From assembly GCA_964252035.1 (NCBI GenBank), contig OZ176209.1: DNA of 64,000 nucleotides; one strand, written 5' to 3'. This stretch comes from Podarcis erhardii. Lineage: Eukaryota. Positions 26,678-38,545 of this stretch are shown one piece after another (positions within the stretch are counted from its first letter, which is position 1; each line of letters starts with the position of its first letter). The translations under genes and the position numbers were made by a program. Below the pieces are notes generated by a model that did not search any database, was not told the DNA's origin, and saw nothing but the letters and a program-made list of their open reading frames with translations.

Positions 26678-27974
26678 GTGGAGTTATTTCTTCATCACTA
26701 AGTTTCTGGTGGGTGCTACTGAGGGCAATTTAGGACTGTGGCTCCAGTGGAGAGACTGTAGCAGGACAAATTGTACCCAGGAAAAGAATTTGCACCCTGG
26801 TACCAAAATAAGCAAAAGAGGGCCTCATTTATGTTATGCCTTCGGGGAACAGAGGGGCTGCTTGGTGCTGATGTGGTTATTACATCTTCACACATGTGAT
26901 AACTGACTTCCTCTCTTCCCTCAGTACTGTCATCATATACCATATGCTTTCATCTAGACATCACCCACCATTCCATGTTTGAGTTTTGACATGTTCACAC
27001 CTCCTACCACAGTATCTGAGTGCTGCAGAAGGCTTAGAAAATAACTTAATGGAGGTTTGAAATATTGAAAGGGAGACATCTTATTATTAAGGAATCATAA
27101 ATCCTAATTCAGTGCACTAGTAGGCAGGCAGTTTTCAGAGGGAAAGCAAGTGTATGCTACTAGGAGACAACAAAATTGTTTGGGCTTTCCTCCATGCAGA
27201 TCCTTTATCTGGATTTATTTTAACTGCCTTGGGTAGAATGGTGACTGCTTATAGTGTCTGCAATAATGTCAATCTGGGATACAATTCCCTCGGGCCCTTC
27301 ACTCACTTGAAATAATCCACTAGCAAACATGGTTCATTCTCGGCAGTTGCAGAACAATCCAGTCTTACAAAATGGACCCTAGCAGCAAAGCTTCAGAGCA
27401 AAGTGGTCTCTGCTTCTGGAATGACCTCAGCTGACAAAAGAGGAGGAGGCCCTAGTTTTCTGACCTTTGTGACAAATCTGTCCATGTGTTCTATAGTGTG
27501 CAAAGTATCCCCCTTTCTATTGTATAACAGCACCTTGGACAGCATCTGTCCCTGCTTCCCCAGCTTTGAACCAACTCCTAAGTTTTTTTCCCCTGAAATT
27601 CACAAGTTGCAGAGCATTATTTGAGGGTAAGATATACTGATCCTGTTTGCGACTAGATTTATGACTAAAACGGGACAGAACCCGTTACCAGAACTCTCTC
27701 AAAGTATGGGGAAAGTTCAGATCCAGATTTTTGAAAGGTGGCATGGTAAACAATGGAGGGACTTGTCCCTTGTGGCAAACAGGGTAGTGCCCCACCAACC
27801 TTAGTCTGCCCTCAACCACTTGCCTTTTTACTTAAAACCAATCCAGTGGGTAGCATTTCCTATTGGCTGCCTCCTCCTTAATCTCAGTGTTGCCCTCGAT
27901 AAACTCAGCAGAGAGAAAGATGGAGACAAAACTAGAATTAATTGGCTCTGGCTCCACCTACTACTGACTTTCCA

Positions 27975-28125
27975 GCCTTTTACTGGTGGTGAAGAGGGTA
28001 ATATGGAAACCCCCGTTTCAATCTGAAATATGAGCCCATTAAAAGAGGCCACTATCTCTTAACCTTATCGTCCACCTCACATAACATGGCTATCATAATA
28101 CTGGCCTACCTAACAGGGTTGTTCT
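27975..28125 (+). mobile_element. MIR-like SINE fragment
   Basis: taatactggcctacctaacagggttgtt core motif. Confidence 0.45.
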
Positions 28126-28130
28126 GATTG

Positions 28131-28131
28131 G

Positions 28132-28175
<44 letters not shown>

Positions 28176-28202
28176 CAGACAGATAGACAGATAGATAGAT
28201 AG
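28131..28202 (+). repeat. (AGAT)n/(AGAC)n microsatellite
   Basis: Direct reading. Confidence 0.95.
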
Positions 28203-28237
28203 AAAGAATGAGGCTCTCAGTGGGTGAGGGTCTAAAA

Positions 28238-28242
28238 CATCA

Positions 28243-28279
<37 letters not shown>
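28238..28279 (+). repeat. (CAT)3(TAT)n microsatellite
   Basis: Direct reading. Confidence 0.95.
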
Positions 28280-29564
28280 GCCAAATTGCAATACCATAGA
28301 ACAACATTTCCATACGCTGCATGGTAAGTAGGTCTAGAAATCAGCTGAGGTCCAAACAATTCCTACTTTAATTTTAAAATAAATAAAGACAGGCAATGAA
28401 ATGGATGCATTGTGGCAGGCTGCTGTGAATAAGAGATGCATGTGTGCGCTCTGTCTCATTCAGCACACACATTTCTCTGATCTTGTTTGCGCGCGCACAC
28501 ACACACACAGGCGGACACACACAGAGGAAATGATTAGAAAGCCCTCCCCCCTTTTTCTCCCTGCTTTTCCTCTCAGTGCCTCCTGCTTTCTTCTGAGTAA
28601 ATCCTTCCTATGTATCAAAAACTACAAAAAGGTAGCCTGTGCCCTTTTCCTCCCCCTGCTTCCACCAGCATGACACCTTCACAAAGGTTCACTGATCTCC
28701 GGGACCAGCCTCCAGGGCAGCAGTGGGAGGGGGGGAAGGGATGAGACAACTATTTTTGGCTCCTCTTGCAGCATGGCATCTCTTGGTTCATGTTTTGTAG
28801 CATGATTCTCATGCGGTGCATCAGTAGAACAGGGGCACAAAAAAACAAATCCAAGAGAAAGTGCCTTATCACATTAAAATCTTCTTTGCTGGCATCTGAA
28901 CTTTCTATGGACAAGCTCTTAGTCCACAAACATACTCGTTTTTTCTTCCTTCGTATTCCTTCTCCGTATCTTTGTTTTGCCCAGCTTTCTTTCTTTCTTT
29001 TAAAGAAGCAACTCAGTCTAGAAATTGTGCCTATAAAACTGTCACTAGTTAAAGTGGTACTTCTCTCCTCCCTCCACCCCTCTATTTCTGGGCAAATTTC
29101 CATATGAAATTGTTCTTGATGGGAATGCAAGAAGATCCAGTATTCAGGGGGATGGGTAGGAATAAGCAACGGCGATCCAAACTACTGACCCTCACGGTGC
29201 CTATTCTCTGAGGCTATAACTATCTTTGCCACTGAGGAAGCGTTATGCCTTATCACTGGCTGGCAGGCACTATTTCTTCCAGCCCTCTGCATCTGACTTT
29301 GATTACCCACAACTATCTGCACTGGACTCATCATCACCTGCCACTCTGTCAATCAAATGACTGGCCCGTGGCTTTGGTCATTTGTGTTCTCCCTCAGAAT
29401 TGCCTTTTCATGCACACAGAAAGTGAGGGAGATTGATCCATCAGCCTCGTAAATCCCTCTCTAAATCAGTGAATACCCTCTGGACAGAATGGCAAAGGGC
29501 AGACAAGTGGAAGCAATTTTCCCAGCGGTCAGATGGTACCACAGAGACAAGATCCGCTACTTAC

Positions 29565-29897
29565 AGTTCTCTGCTGGCTGGGATGGAGTCTCTTTAGAGT
29601 TGCCAAACCCTGTTGTGGGTATCCCAACGTTTCTGTGCAAGCGATGTGCAGGCAGGCAGGCAAGCGCTCGTAAAGCGCCGCTCGGCATCATCCCCCTTCG
29701 CCCTGCATGATGCCAAGACTCTGGAACCATCGGAAGTGCAGCAGTAGAGCAAAGGGGAGATAGCTGTGTGCAATAGGGACGGCAGTCAGCTGAATAATCG
29801 AGAAAGCGCCAAGTGGGGAGGAGAGAGAAAGAGAGAGGAAGAGATGGAGCAGGGTGGAGTGACAGCTGGGGGTACATCTGTGATGACAGCAGCAGTG

Positions 29898-29928
<31 letters not shown>

Positions 29929-29950
29929 TGAGAGAGGGGGGGTAGCATGC
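29565..29950 (-). promoter_or_regulatory. LRTM2: Candidate LRTM2 promoter / first exon
   Basis: Donor AACT|gtaagt at 29565/29564; locally elevated CpG (gcgctcgtaaagcgccgctcgg), CT/GT repeats at the 5' side; TSS not determinable. Confidence 0.4.
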
Positions 29951-30488
29951 ATGCACATTCAGACACACAGGCTCACCCAGTGAGAAGGAGCCGACCCAGA
30001 CAAGCAAGCAGAATCTACTCTCAAAACATCTACAGTCTTAGAGTCTGTCAGGAGCTTGAAAGCTCAGAATTATCCTCATCTTCTCCTTGGGAAACAGCAG
30101 GTGCTTTTGTATTGCTTGAACTCCCTTCACCCCTTTTTGAGAAGCAGGAGCAGATAATCAGGAGGGATTTAAGCATCCTCCTTCCTTTCTTCCCCTTGTT
30201 ATGAAGCAGCAGGAGGTATGGGGAAGAAAGGAGACTAATTGTGCACAATAAAAAACACAGTGAAAAGTGAAGGAGTTGGCTGCCTGCCTGCTAGTTTTTC
30301 AATAGGGTTTGGAATAGGCACAGAGTAGGGGGTTAAGGGGCCAGAGTGGAAGGCAGCACCCAGGCTCTTTGGCAACCTGGAAAGCAGAAAGGAGAAAATA
30401 TAGTTTGTCTCCAAGATGGACTGAAACTTGACTCTGGATAAAGAGCTAGCAGCTACAACAGCTTGGCAGAAAGAGTAGCCTATGGTGG

Positions 30489-30572
30489 AAGGGTCATAGC
30501 TCAGTGGTAGAGCATCTGTTTGGATGCAAAAGGCTCTGGGTTCAATCCCCAGCATCCCTGGATAAGGATGAG
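30489..30572 (+). mobile_element. tRNA-derived SINE head (3'-truncated)
   Basis: gggtcatagctcagtggtagagcatctgtttggatgcaaaaggctctgggttcaatccccagcatc. Confidence 0.75.
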
Positions 30573-31353
30573 ACTGAGAGCTGAGCGACACAATATGAAG
30601 AAATACGATTCCTGTACAAACACCCTGCTATAATTCCTCCATCCCTAGTCAGTCACCTCAGTCTGCATAATGTGTAGATTGGGTATCAGTCCAGGAGGAC
30701 CTGCTCAGCTACCTCTATGAAATCTTTCATATTATGTCCTTTTTTGTTTCCTGCAAATTTTCATTTCTGTCAAACATCTTTCCTCTGTCCTCGATTTCCC
30801 TCCCCAAAGCTTAGTCCAGCAAGAATTACCCTTCATCCTATCTGCTCTAACTGCATTCCCTCCAATACCACCTCTCCTTTTTTTTAGATTGTATTTGCTT
30901 TACTTCCATTTTTAATTATTTTTAGACTGTTCTGAAGTTACTTTTTAAGTATAATGGCTCTTAGACATTCAGCAACAATATGACAAGCACTTGATGGGCA
31001 GACATTTTTCACTTACTAAAAGGATAAAATAGATCAAAAGAGGTCTCTTTCTGGTTACTCTCAGGTCCTCCTTTATGAAATTATGCCTCTTTTTTTAGGC
31101 AAACCAACTGCCATGGCAGAATAATGAAGACAGGAGTGTATTGAACCAGGTAGAAAGGAATAGAGTTTGCAGCATGGACAAAGTGAAAATTATTTTCAAA
31201 CAGTTGTCTCGGGTCTGCCACGCTTAGTAAAATTAGAAAAACATTCTGCAGCAAGACTTCATTAAGTTCAGTTTTTATCCTGCTGCATTCCAAGGTTCAC
31301 GATTGGTAACAATACAATACAAAACACCCAATGAAATTTAAATTACCACTGCC

Positions 31354-31690
31354 ATAAGAACATAAGAAAAGCTGTGCTGGATCAGACCAAAGGCCTATCT
31401 CTTCCAGTACTCTGTTCTCACAGTGCGCAACCAGATACCTGTGGTTCCACAGGCAGGACAATAGCACAACAGTACTCCCCTCCCCATGATCCCCAGCAAC
31501 TAGAACACTGCTTCAGAGGTCTAATACCTTTAATACTGGAGGTCATGCATAGTCATCATGTCTAGTAGTAATTGATAGCCTTAGTCTTCAGGAATTTGTC
31601 TAATCCCTTTTCAAAGCCATTCATACTGGAGGCCATTTCTATATCTTGTGGCAGCAAATTTTGAAGTTTAACTATGTGCAGTGTGAATAG
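31354..31690 (-). mobile_element. CR1/L2-group LINE 3' end, antisense
   Basis: ataagaacataagaaaagctgtgctggatcagaccaaagg...tctaatcccttttcaaagcca. Confidence 0.7.
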
Positions 31691-31885
31691 GCTAAGTAAC
31701 TAATTTTTGCAGTCCTTCGAGAAGGCATAATGGGTTCAGATTTTGAGGGATTTGTACGTGTTATCATTGTCAATTAACTTACAGTAACTGGGACCAGTTT
31801 TCTTAGCCATTATGGTGCAAAGAAGCCATTTTTCTGTCTCTGTCTCTGTCTGTCTCTGTCTCAGAAATGGAACTGCACAACAGAA

Positions 31886-31938
31886 CTTCCTTCCTTCCTT
31901 CCTTCCTTCCTTCCTTCCTTCCTTCCTTCCTTCCTTCC
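31886..31938 (+). repeat. (CTTC)n microsatellite
   Basis: Direct reading. Confidence 0.95.
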
Positions 31939-33460
31939 CGTAGTCTGAAACCAGTGAGACAATGGACAAGATCCTGATGGCATGAAAAAATGGGTTGCAG
32001 TAATAGGGTCCAAGATTACAAAACCATTGTTTGTGAAGGTGGTGCCAAGAACTGGCTCCCATTAGCCTACTATGTTCCAAAAGATCCCAACTGAAACCTA
32101 CTCAGATTAGGGGACATGTAATGAAATCTTCCTTTCCAAAATTATTGGTTTACTCTGCCACCAAAGAAAGATCTAGGAGTGGTGACCCTCCTTATTGGTC
32201 ATAAGCATTGATGCTAGGCTAACAAGCTTTTATATTTACATAGATAAATCAATATACCCCCAAAGGCCAACTGAAATGCACATCCTTTGGTGCCTGACAG
32301 ATTCTGGGCAGTGATGGAGACAGTTGGCATCTCCCCTGAACAGGCGTTCTACAGTTGTCATGCCACAATGGAAAAGGCCATATCCTACCTCCCCACGTTT
32401 CTCATATGTTAATCTTGCTGTTCAAGAAGTACATATGGGCAGATGTTTTACTGAAGCATTTATTGAAATAAATTCAGAAAATGTGAGTCAGAGAGCTTAA
32501 ATGTCAATTTCTCAGACTCACACCTTTTGAAAACATTTTCCTTACAACCCTTGGCAAAGGTTACCCCATGTCGTCATTTAAGTTACATAGGGCTGTCAAG
32601 TTCCAAACTGCTTTTGGGGATTGATCTGGCCCACAAGCTGCTAGCAGGATATCCCTGATCTGAGGCCTTCTATATCTGGCTTCTCTCACAAACATTTCTA
32701 CCTGGGTAGAGATACCCTTTTAAATTACGTAATGTGTCCCTTTTAAATTACATAAAATTGTGACTAGGAAAGAAGATGCGTCTCTTCCATTTCTGCATGT
32801 TTTTGAAGGACAAGCTGCAAGTGATAGAGAACTAATACAGTATAATATAGGTTAGGATCCATATAGCTCGTTTGGTGTACTGAAAGGGGCTTTTCGTTGT
32901 GTTCTCGAACACCTTCCTTTCTTCCTGCCTTCCTTTCCACATGGTAAGTTGCTTTTTAATCCAAGGGAAGCTTACTGTTAGAGGCCATTGAATACCAATT
33001 GCTGGGAATCACAGGTGCGGAGAATGCTGTTGCACTCAGCTTTGGCTTGCAGGTTTCTCATTGGCATTTGGTTTGTCACTGTGATTCAGCATGGTTTTTC
33101 CTATGCTCTTACGCATGCACCCTATGCATAAATGCATGCAGCCCGAACAGTGACAAGTGCCATATCTGGTATCGGTAGCTTGAGTACAAATTGCTGTACA
33201 AGATTGTACTACATGGCTAGCCCTGAACTTTGGCTTGCTTCCTACTCCCACTCCACTCGCACACAAACTTCCCTGTCGTCCCCCCACCATTTATCTACCT
33301 TCTCCATTTGTTGATATGAAGCATATTAACTACTTAGTAATCTTCACTTTTGACATAACTGTATTGTATTGACCCTCCTGCTAATTACTAAATGCAGTGG
33401 GATTTACTTGTGTATTCTGTAGGATGGATGGAAAACAGATTCTTCTTTGCCATGTTTTTC

Positions 33461-34611
33461 TTTTTCTTTTTTTAACATAATTTTTATTAGCAGGCCAATC
33501 CAATCACATTATTTCCAAATCATAATTCCAAATTATACAGCCAACTTTTTAAATTTATTGGGGGTACCCATACATCAAGCTCTGAACGAGGATCAAAACA
33601 TCACTTCTGTTCCTGCTTTTATCAAACAGTTCTATCCAGATCTGTCCAGATAGTCTCTTTATTACTTTCTTCGTCTTCTTGTTGTTATCATATATTCCTT
33701 TCTTTGCGATCTCTGATAGTCTTCACAAGCGGTTTAGAAACAAACAACATCTGCGTGGGTTTTGCACAGTCCAAAAGTCATATCTCATAAGGACAGCCGC
33801 CATTCCTCCCCTTCTTCAAAAATTTATCCCCGGTCTGTCCTATTAATTTTCCCAAGCTTGCCACGTATTTCACAAAGGGGCTCTGCCAGGTTATCACATT
33901 TCAATCCATCATTCACATTCCAATGACCCTGGTCCTCCTCCCCTCGCTTTTCTTCGACAAGCCTGTCTTAGCAAGACGCCATTAAAAACTGCGTCATAGA
34001 ATTTTTCCTCTGCTCTCCGATATTTACCAGTCCTCTCTTCAATCAATAATTCACTCCACACAGCTCTTAAATTCTTGCTTCCGATTAGTAAAAGGCAACA
34101 ATTCGTCTCTTTGGGGTGGAGGTTTATAAATACTCACATAGGCAAAGAAAATAAAAGTTTTTTCCTCCACCCCCCCTCTTTTTTCGCTCCGCACGTACCA
34201 GTCTCATAATGGTGGTTCATCGCTTGATTTATTTGTCTCCTCCCGTCGCTCCAATCACAGAAATGCATTAATCAGCAGCCTTATCTCTCGAACTTTGTTT
34301 GATGTATGTGCTTCAGCTTCTTTTCCAATTATATATTTCCAATTATTTTTCCGTGCTGAAGCAAACCGGGGCGCTGATTGGAGACGGCTTCAGGAAGAGC
34401 CGACTTCACAGAGGGCTTGTGCCAAATGATCCTCACCCCCGTCTTTCAAATCGGGGGGTGCATTGTGACTACCGCTGGCAAGGCAGCCCCCCCATATCCT
34501 TGGGGGGGTAGGAAGACTGCATACTTCCCATAGCAGCCTCTTAATTACCTCGTGTGGGTCGGAGAGATGTTATTGTCGGCCATCTTCCAATGTGCCACCT
34601 GGTGGCCCCCC
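33461..34611 (-). mobile_element. 1151-bp L1-like non-autonomous retroposon, apparently full length, 17-bp TSD
   Basis: TSD TCTTTGCCATGTTTTTC at 33444-33460 and 34612-34628; 5' GGGGGG...AAGATGGCCG motif; AATAAA plus A-rich tail at 3' end; CpGs retained; no ORF >=60 aa on the element strand in the track. Confidence 0.85.
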
Positions 34612-35544
34612 TCTTTGCCATGTTTTTCATTCCCTTTGCACAATCTGCCAGGATTTATATTTCTTCTGGTGAAAACATGAAATGCTTAGTGCTTTCATGT
34701 TCTTCTAAGGTTTGTTGTTCTGGCATTATCCACTAAAGAGTTGTAAGAAAGCTGCAGGCCAGTGATATGATCTAGTTGTGATAAAGGAAATGGTTCTCAC
34801 TTGAAATGGTTTCAAGGGATAACAGGGAATTTACCCTGTGTACAAAGGCAGAATGTCTTTTAAACCAAATCTGCAAACAGCCTCATTTACAGCCTATGAT
34901 GTTTTCCCATCAAATAGCACCAGAGGGATATTAGTTGCAGGTCCTTACCAAATAATATGGGTTTTTCATGGGTAAGTGCTCAGGAACTAGTAAAATTGGA
35001 GGAGGAGGGTAGTGGTGATTGCAGTATCCCAGCCCTCAAAATGTTTAGAACCAGGTCCTGGAGAAATGTAGGTAATTATTCCTTTTACAAGCAACTCCAC
35101 AGCAATAAGCACTGCTGTTTTGAATATTGTTCCTGTGTTGCATGCACCTATTGTTTCTACAATTTCGCTGGTGAATAATATACTCCTTCTTGTACCAAAA
35201 TACCTGTGCCATCTTGAAGCCTATTTTTAAAGTTAATGTTTTATTTTTATTTTACTTTTTTTAGACTTGATAGTTTCTTTACTGTACTACTGAAAGAGTT
35301 ACGTGAGCCCACTCCATTAAAGATAAATAGATCCTACCCCTCCAGCTTAGCAACTGCTGATAATTTTAGACTGGGTTGTCTTTTGTCTTACCTTTTTCAC
35401 CTTTGCAATCCACCTCACCAGTACTGGGTCAAAAAAAGAGAAATGGCACAGGAGTGACATAGGCTGCAGTCCTGTGCATATTTACCTGGAAATAAGGCCC
35501 ATTGGGGCCATGATAGATCCCTGAGGATGGATCTATAGTAGTAG

Positions 35545-35800
35545 AATTGTTGTTGGCATCCGTCTATTTCAGAAGACAATGTAGGAGTGCACTTTTGGGG
35601 ATGAAGTCAAACTATTGGAGGCTTACATCGCCTGCTGTGGCTGTAGAGATCAATATGGGAGAGATGTGTTTTGTTGCAGCTGGGGCAGATGAAGACATCT
35701 CGTTGTGCTGCTGCAGATGCCCCATGGTATTTCTTCTATCTGTGCTCCTCTCAGTGGTCATTCCTCCTTTGGTCACTGCTATGGATGCCTTTCCAGTTTA
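35545..35800 (-). mobile_element. RTE-tailed element, antisense, related to 1415 and 14926
   Basis: gttgttggcatccgtctatttcagaagacaatg is the reverse complement of the shared tail motif. Confidence 0.55.
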
Positions 35801-37313
35801 AATGGTCAAAACACCTCAACCTACTACCCCCTTCCGTATTTTAAATCTCCCTTTTATTCTTTTATTTTAATGTCCTTTTATTTGTATTATTACAAGAATT
35901 GCCACACAAAAACTTCAATTAAAAATAAGGATCAGGTACAATCTTGATCCATGAGAATATGGAGATTCACTACTAGTCAGAGTAGACAGTTCTGAGTTAA
36001 GTGGACAATTTGATGAATTAGGTACAAAGGAGTTCTCCATCTTCCTGTGTTTTGAGGAAACACAGGATGTATAGATTTGCACTGTAAAAGTGGCTGTAAA
36101 AATGTATAGATTTGCACTGTAAAAGTGACAGGAGAGTATGTCTCATGGTTATTCTCACCTCTAGCCAGGCTCCTCAATTCTTTTCCATGGGGCCAGGCTT
36201 GTGGTGTTTCTTTGCTGGCTCCTGCTTAGCACTCAGGCTGAAACCTGCCTTTTATTATTCTGTAAAGATCCTCACTGCTGCCTCTTCAGTGTAACTCAAT
36301 GAATATTGAGCCAATAATGCCAGAGAAAAATTCAGTCTCTTCTTTTCTATTTCCATTACATCTTTACAACTTGGACCCAGATGAATCTTGTGTCTTGTCT
36401 GGTTGTGCATGTTCAGGAATTCAGGGAGAAGGCAGCTGTAGGAAATAATTCCCTTCCTTATTCCACAACAGTCAGATTCGTTTTATTATAAGAATGCTCT
36501 AAGATGTACCAGCAGTAGAAACATGACATGAAGGACACTGACACCATGGCTCCGAGAGCAAAAATGATGTACTCTGCCCCTGATGCTGGCTGCCAGGTTC
36601 AATGTACGCATAGCACAGAACTCTTTCCTCTATGGTTTTCACGCTTTCAAAGCTGCATTCCAACATCAGATTCCAAGGGTAGTGTGGCATGAAGGCCAGG
36701 GGACTTATCTGTGAACCAAGATCTCAGTTTCAGATCTTACCTCTGCCATGAACACACGAGATGACTTTAGGCAGACAACAGATGAGAAAGATTCCCCTCT
36801 CCAAGAACTGAAGGTAATTTGAAAATGCAAGCACTGCTCCTACTGTGTACTTTTGCCTCTGGTAAAAAGATTTTGCAGAGTTTTTATACATTTTCCAAAA
36901 GCCTTTGGAGTAAAGGCTTCTTTGGAACAAACAAAACACATGTAGAGAACTTGGGAAGCAATACCTGTCTCCTGCCACTTTCAGCTCTCTTTAAGAATTA
37001 CTGTATCTTCTGTTTGCAGCCTAAGAGTCTTCCTATATTGCACTTTTGAATCATGATTATATCAGATGGCTTTTATAATCTGCAGCAACCCAAGGGGAAA
37101 GTGTTTTGGCAGCCTGTTGTATCTTGGTAGTGTTTAGTGGGAGGCAGGTGTCTGTACTTCAGCACAGCAGTTGATGCTTCCGTTTGCATCACCTTGTTAA
37201 ACCCCTGACTCTCACTTTATGTTCTGACTCAGCATTTACCTGTCATTTACACTTGGAAATGGTGCGATTTCTTCTGGTGACTGCATGGAAATATTTAGTT
37301 TCTTTCCCTAACA

Positions 37314-37339
37314 TCTCTCTCTCTCTCTCTCTCTCTCTC
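37314..37339 (+). repeat. (CT)n forming part of the polypyrimidine tract of the 37368 exon
   Basis: Direct reading. Confidence 0.9.
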
Positions 37340-37367
37340 CCCAACCTCCTTGTTTGTTTTTCCATAG

Positions 37368-37429
37368 CTGTGGGTGTGCAAATTAAACTAGAATTTCTTC
37401 AGCGTAAGTTTTGGATGGCTACACAGCAG
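37368..37429 (+). CDS. CACNA2D4: CACNA2D4 internal exon, 62 bp: (A)VGVQIKLEFLQRKFWMATQQ
   Basis: tccatag|CTG...CAG|gtaaaa; matches human AGVQMKLEFLQRKFWAATRQ as recalled; preceded by (CT)n pyrimidine tract. Confidence 0.93.
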
Positions 37430-37815
37430 GTAAAAATGCTGAAGTATAGTACAAAAACAGAAGGTGATATATGGTGATGTTTTACTTTCCACATTTCCAC
37501 AAAATCCTTTCTAAAATGTTTATTAAACAGATTTGTGCAATAGATTAGTTTTTAAATGACACGTTTTGCTAATCCTTTGACAACTTCAATGCTGCATCAG
37601 CTGCCAGTCTGTTCTCAGAACGTCATGTTAACAGAACACCACAAGCCTGGCATGGCATTAAATCCACTGCAGCTGACACATTTAATTGTGGAATTATGTT
37701 TGTACCGATTCAGCCCTTCAAAATCTTGTTTGGTTTTAGGCAGAAAGTTTACCGACTCCCCTCTACCATCCTGAGTGCACTGCACTCCATCATGCTGTCT
37801 CTGCTTAATCTAGAT

Positions 37816-38051
37816 CAGGAGTCAGCAACCTTTTTCAGCCGTGGGCCGGTCCACCATGGGGGGGCCGGACTATATTTTGGAGGGGGAAATGAACAAATTC
37901 CTATGCCCCACAAATAACCTAGAGATGCATTTTAAATAAAAGCACACATTCTACTCATGTAAAAGCATGCTGATTCCCAGACCGTCCGTGGGCTGGATTT
38001 AGAAGGTGATTGGGCTTCATCCAGCCCCCAGGCTTTAGGTTGCCTACCCCG
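37816..38051. mobile_element. hAT/Charlie-like MITE, 236 bp
   Basis: Ends caggagtcagcaac / gttgcctaccccg; TSD atctagat (37808-37815) vs atctaaat (38052-38059), matching the NTCTAGAN Charlie target preference. Confidence 0.8.
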
Positions 38052-38239
38052 ATCTAAATGGCGATTCATTCTGCCTCAAACTATTTTCTTAAGGCTGAAT
38101 TTAAAAGGGTGTTGTTGATACAATCTAATAGTACTGTGGTTGTAAGCACTTTCTGTACTACTGGTTGCATTAGCTGCCAGTTCACTTTAGGGCTTAATTT
38201 AACGTGCCCACACCAGTGTTTAAATCCCCAAATACCTGA

Positions 38240-38545
38240 AGACTGCTTCCTTTCCTATAGATCCTATTGGGTGTTAAGATAGGAAGAGGGGCCCCTCTTG
38301 ATAGTTTCGTTGCCCCAGAAGCTTGGAATGGTGGTAGCCTGGGAAAAGACATTCTCTGTGGCAGTCCCTGTTGTGGAACTCCCTTTTTTACACTGGCATT
38401 TGACACCTGAGATGTATATTTTTAGGACCCACCCCATTTTTGTGATTGTAAGTCATTTTAAACTGTTTTTAATGTTGTATTTTAGGTTGTTGTAACCCAC
38501 CCTTAAGGTGAATGCAGGAAAAATTAAATTAACCACAACAGCAAC
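38240..38545 (+). mobile_element. L2-type LINE 3' fragment
   Basis: cattctctgtggcagtccctgttgtggaactccc and ttttaatgttgtatttt...gtaacccaccc tail. Confidence 0.45.

Noticed and set aside
28459-28475. REST/RE1 site
   Set aside because: Only the left half (TTCAGCAC) is present; no GGACAG half at a valid spacing; same for about 34353 and 37159
30489-30572. tRNA-Ala genes here and at 8.9, 13.0, 26.3, 47.3, 47.9 and 58.5 kb
   Set aside because: Degenerate SINE heads continuing into a shared SINE body
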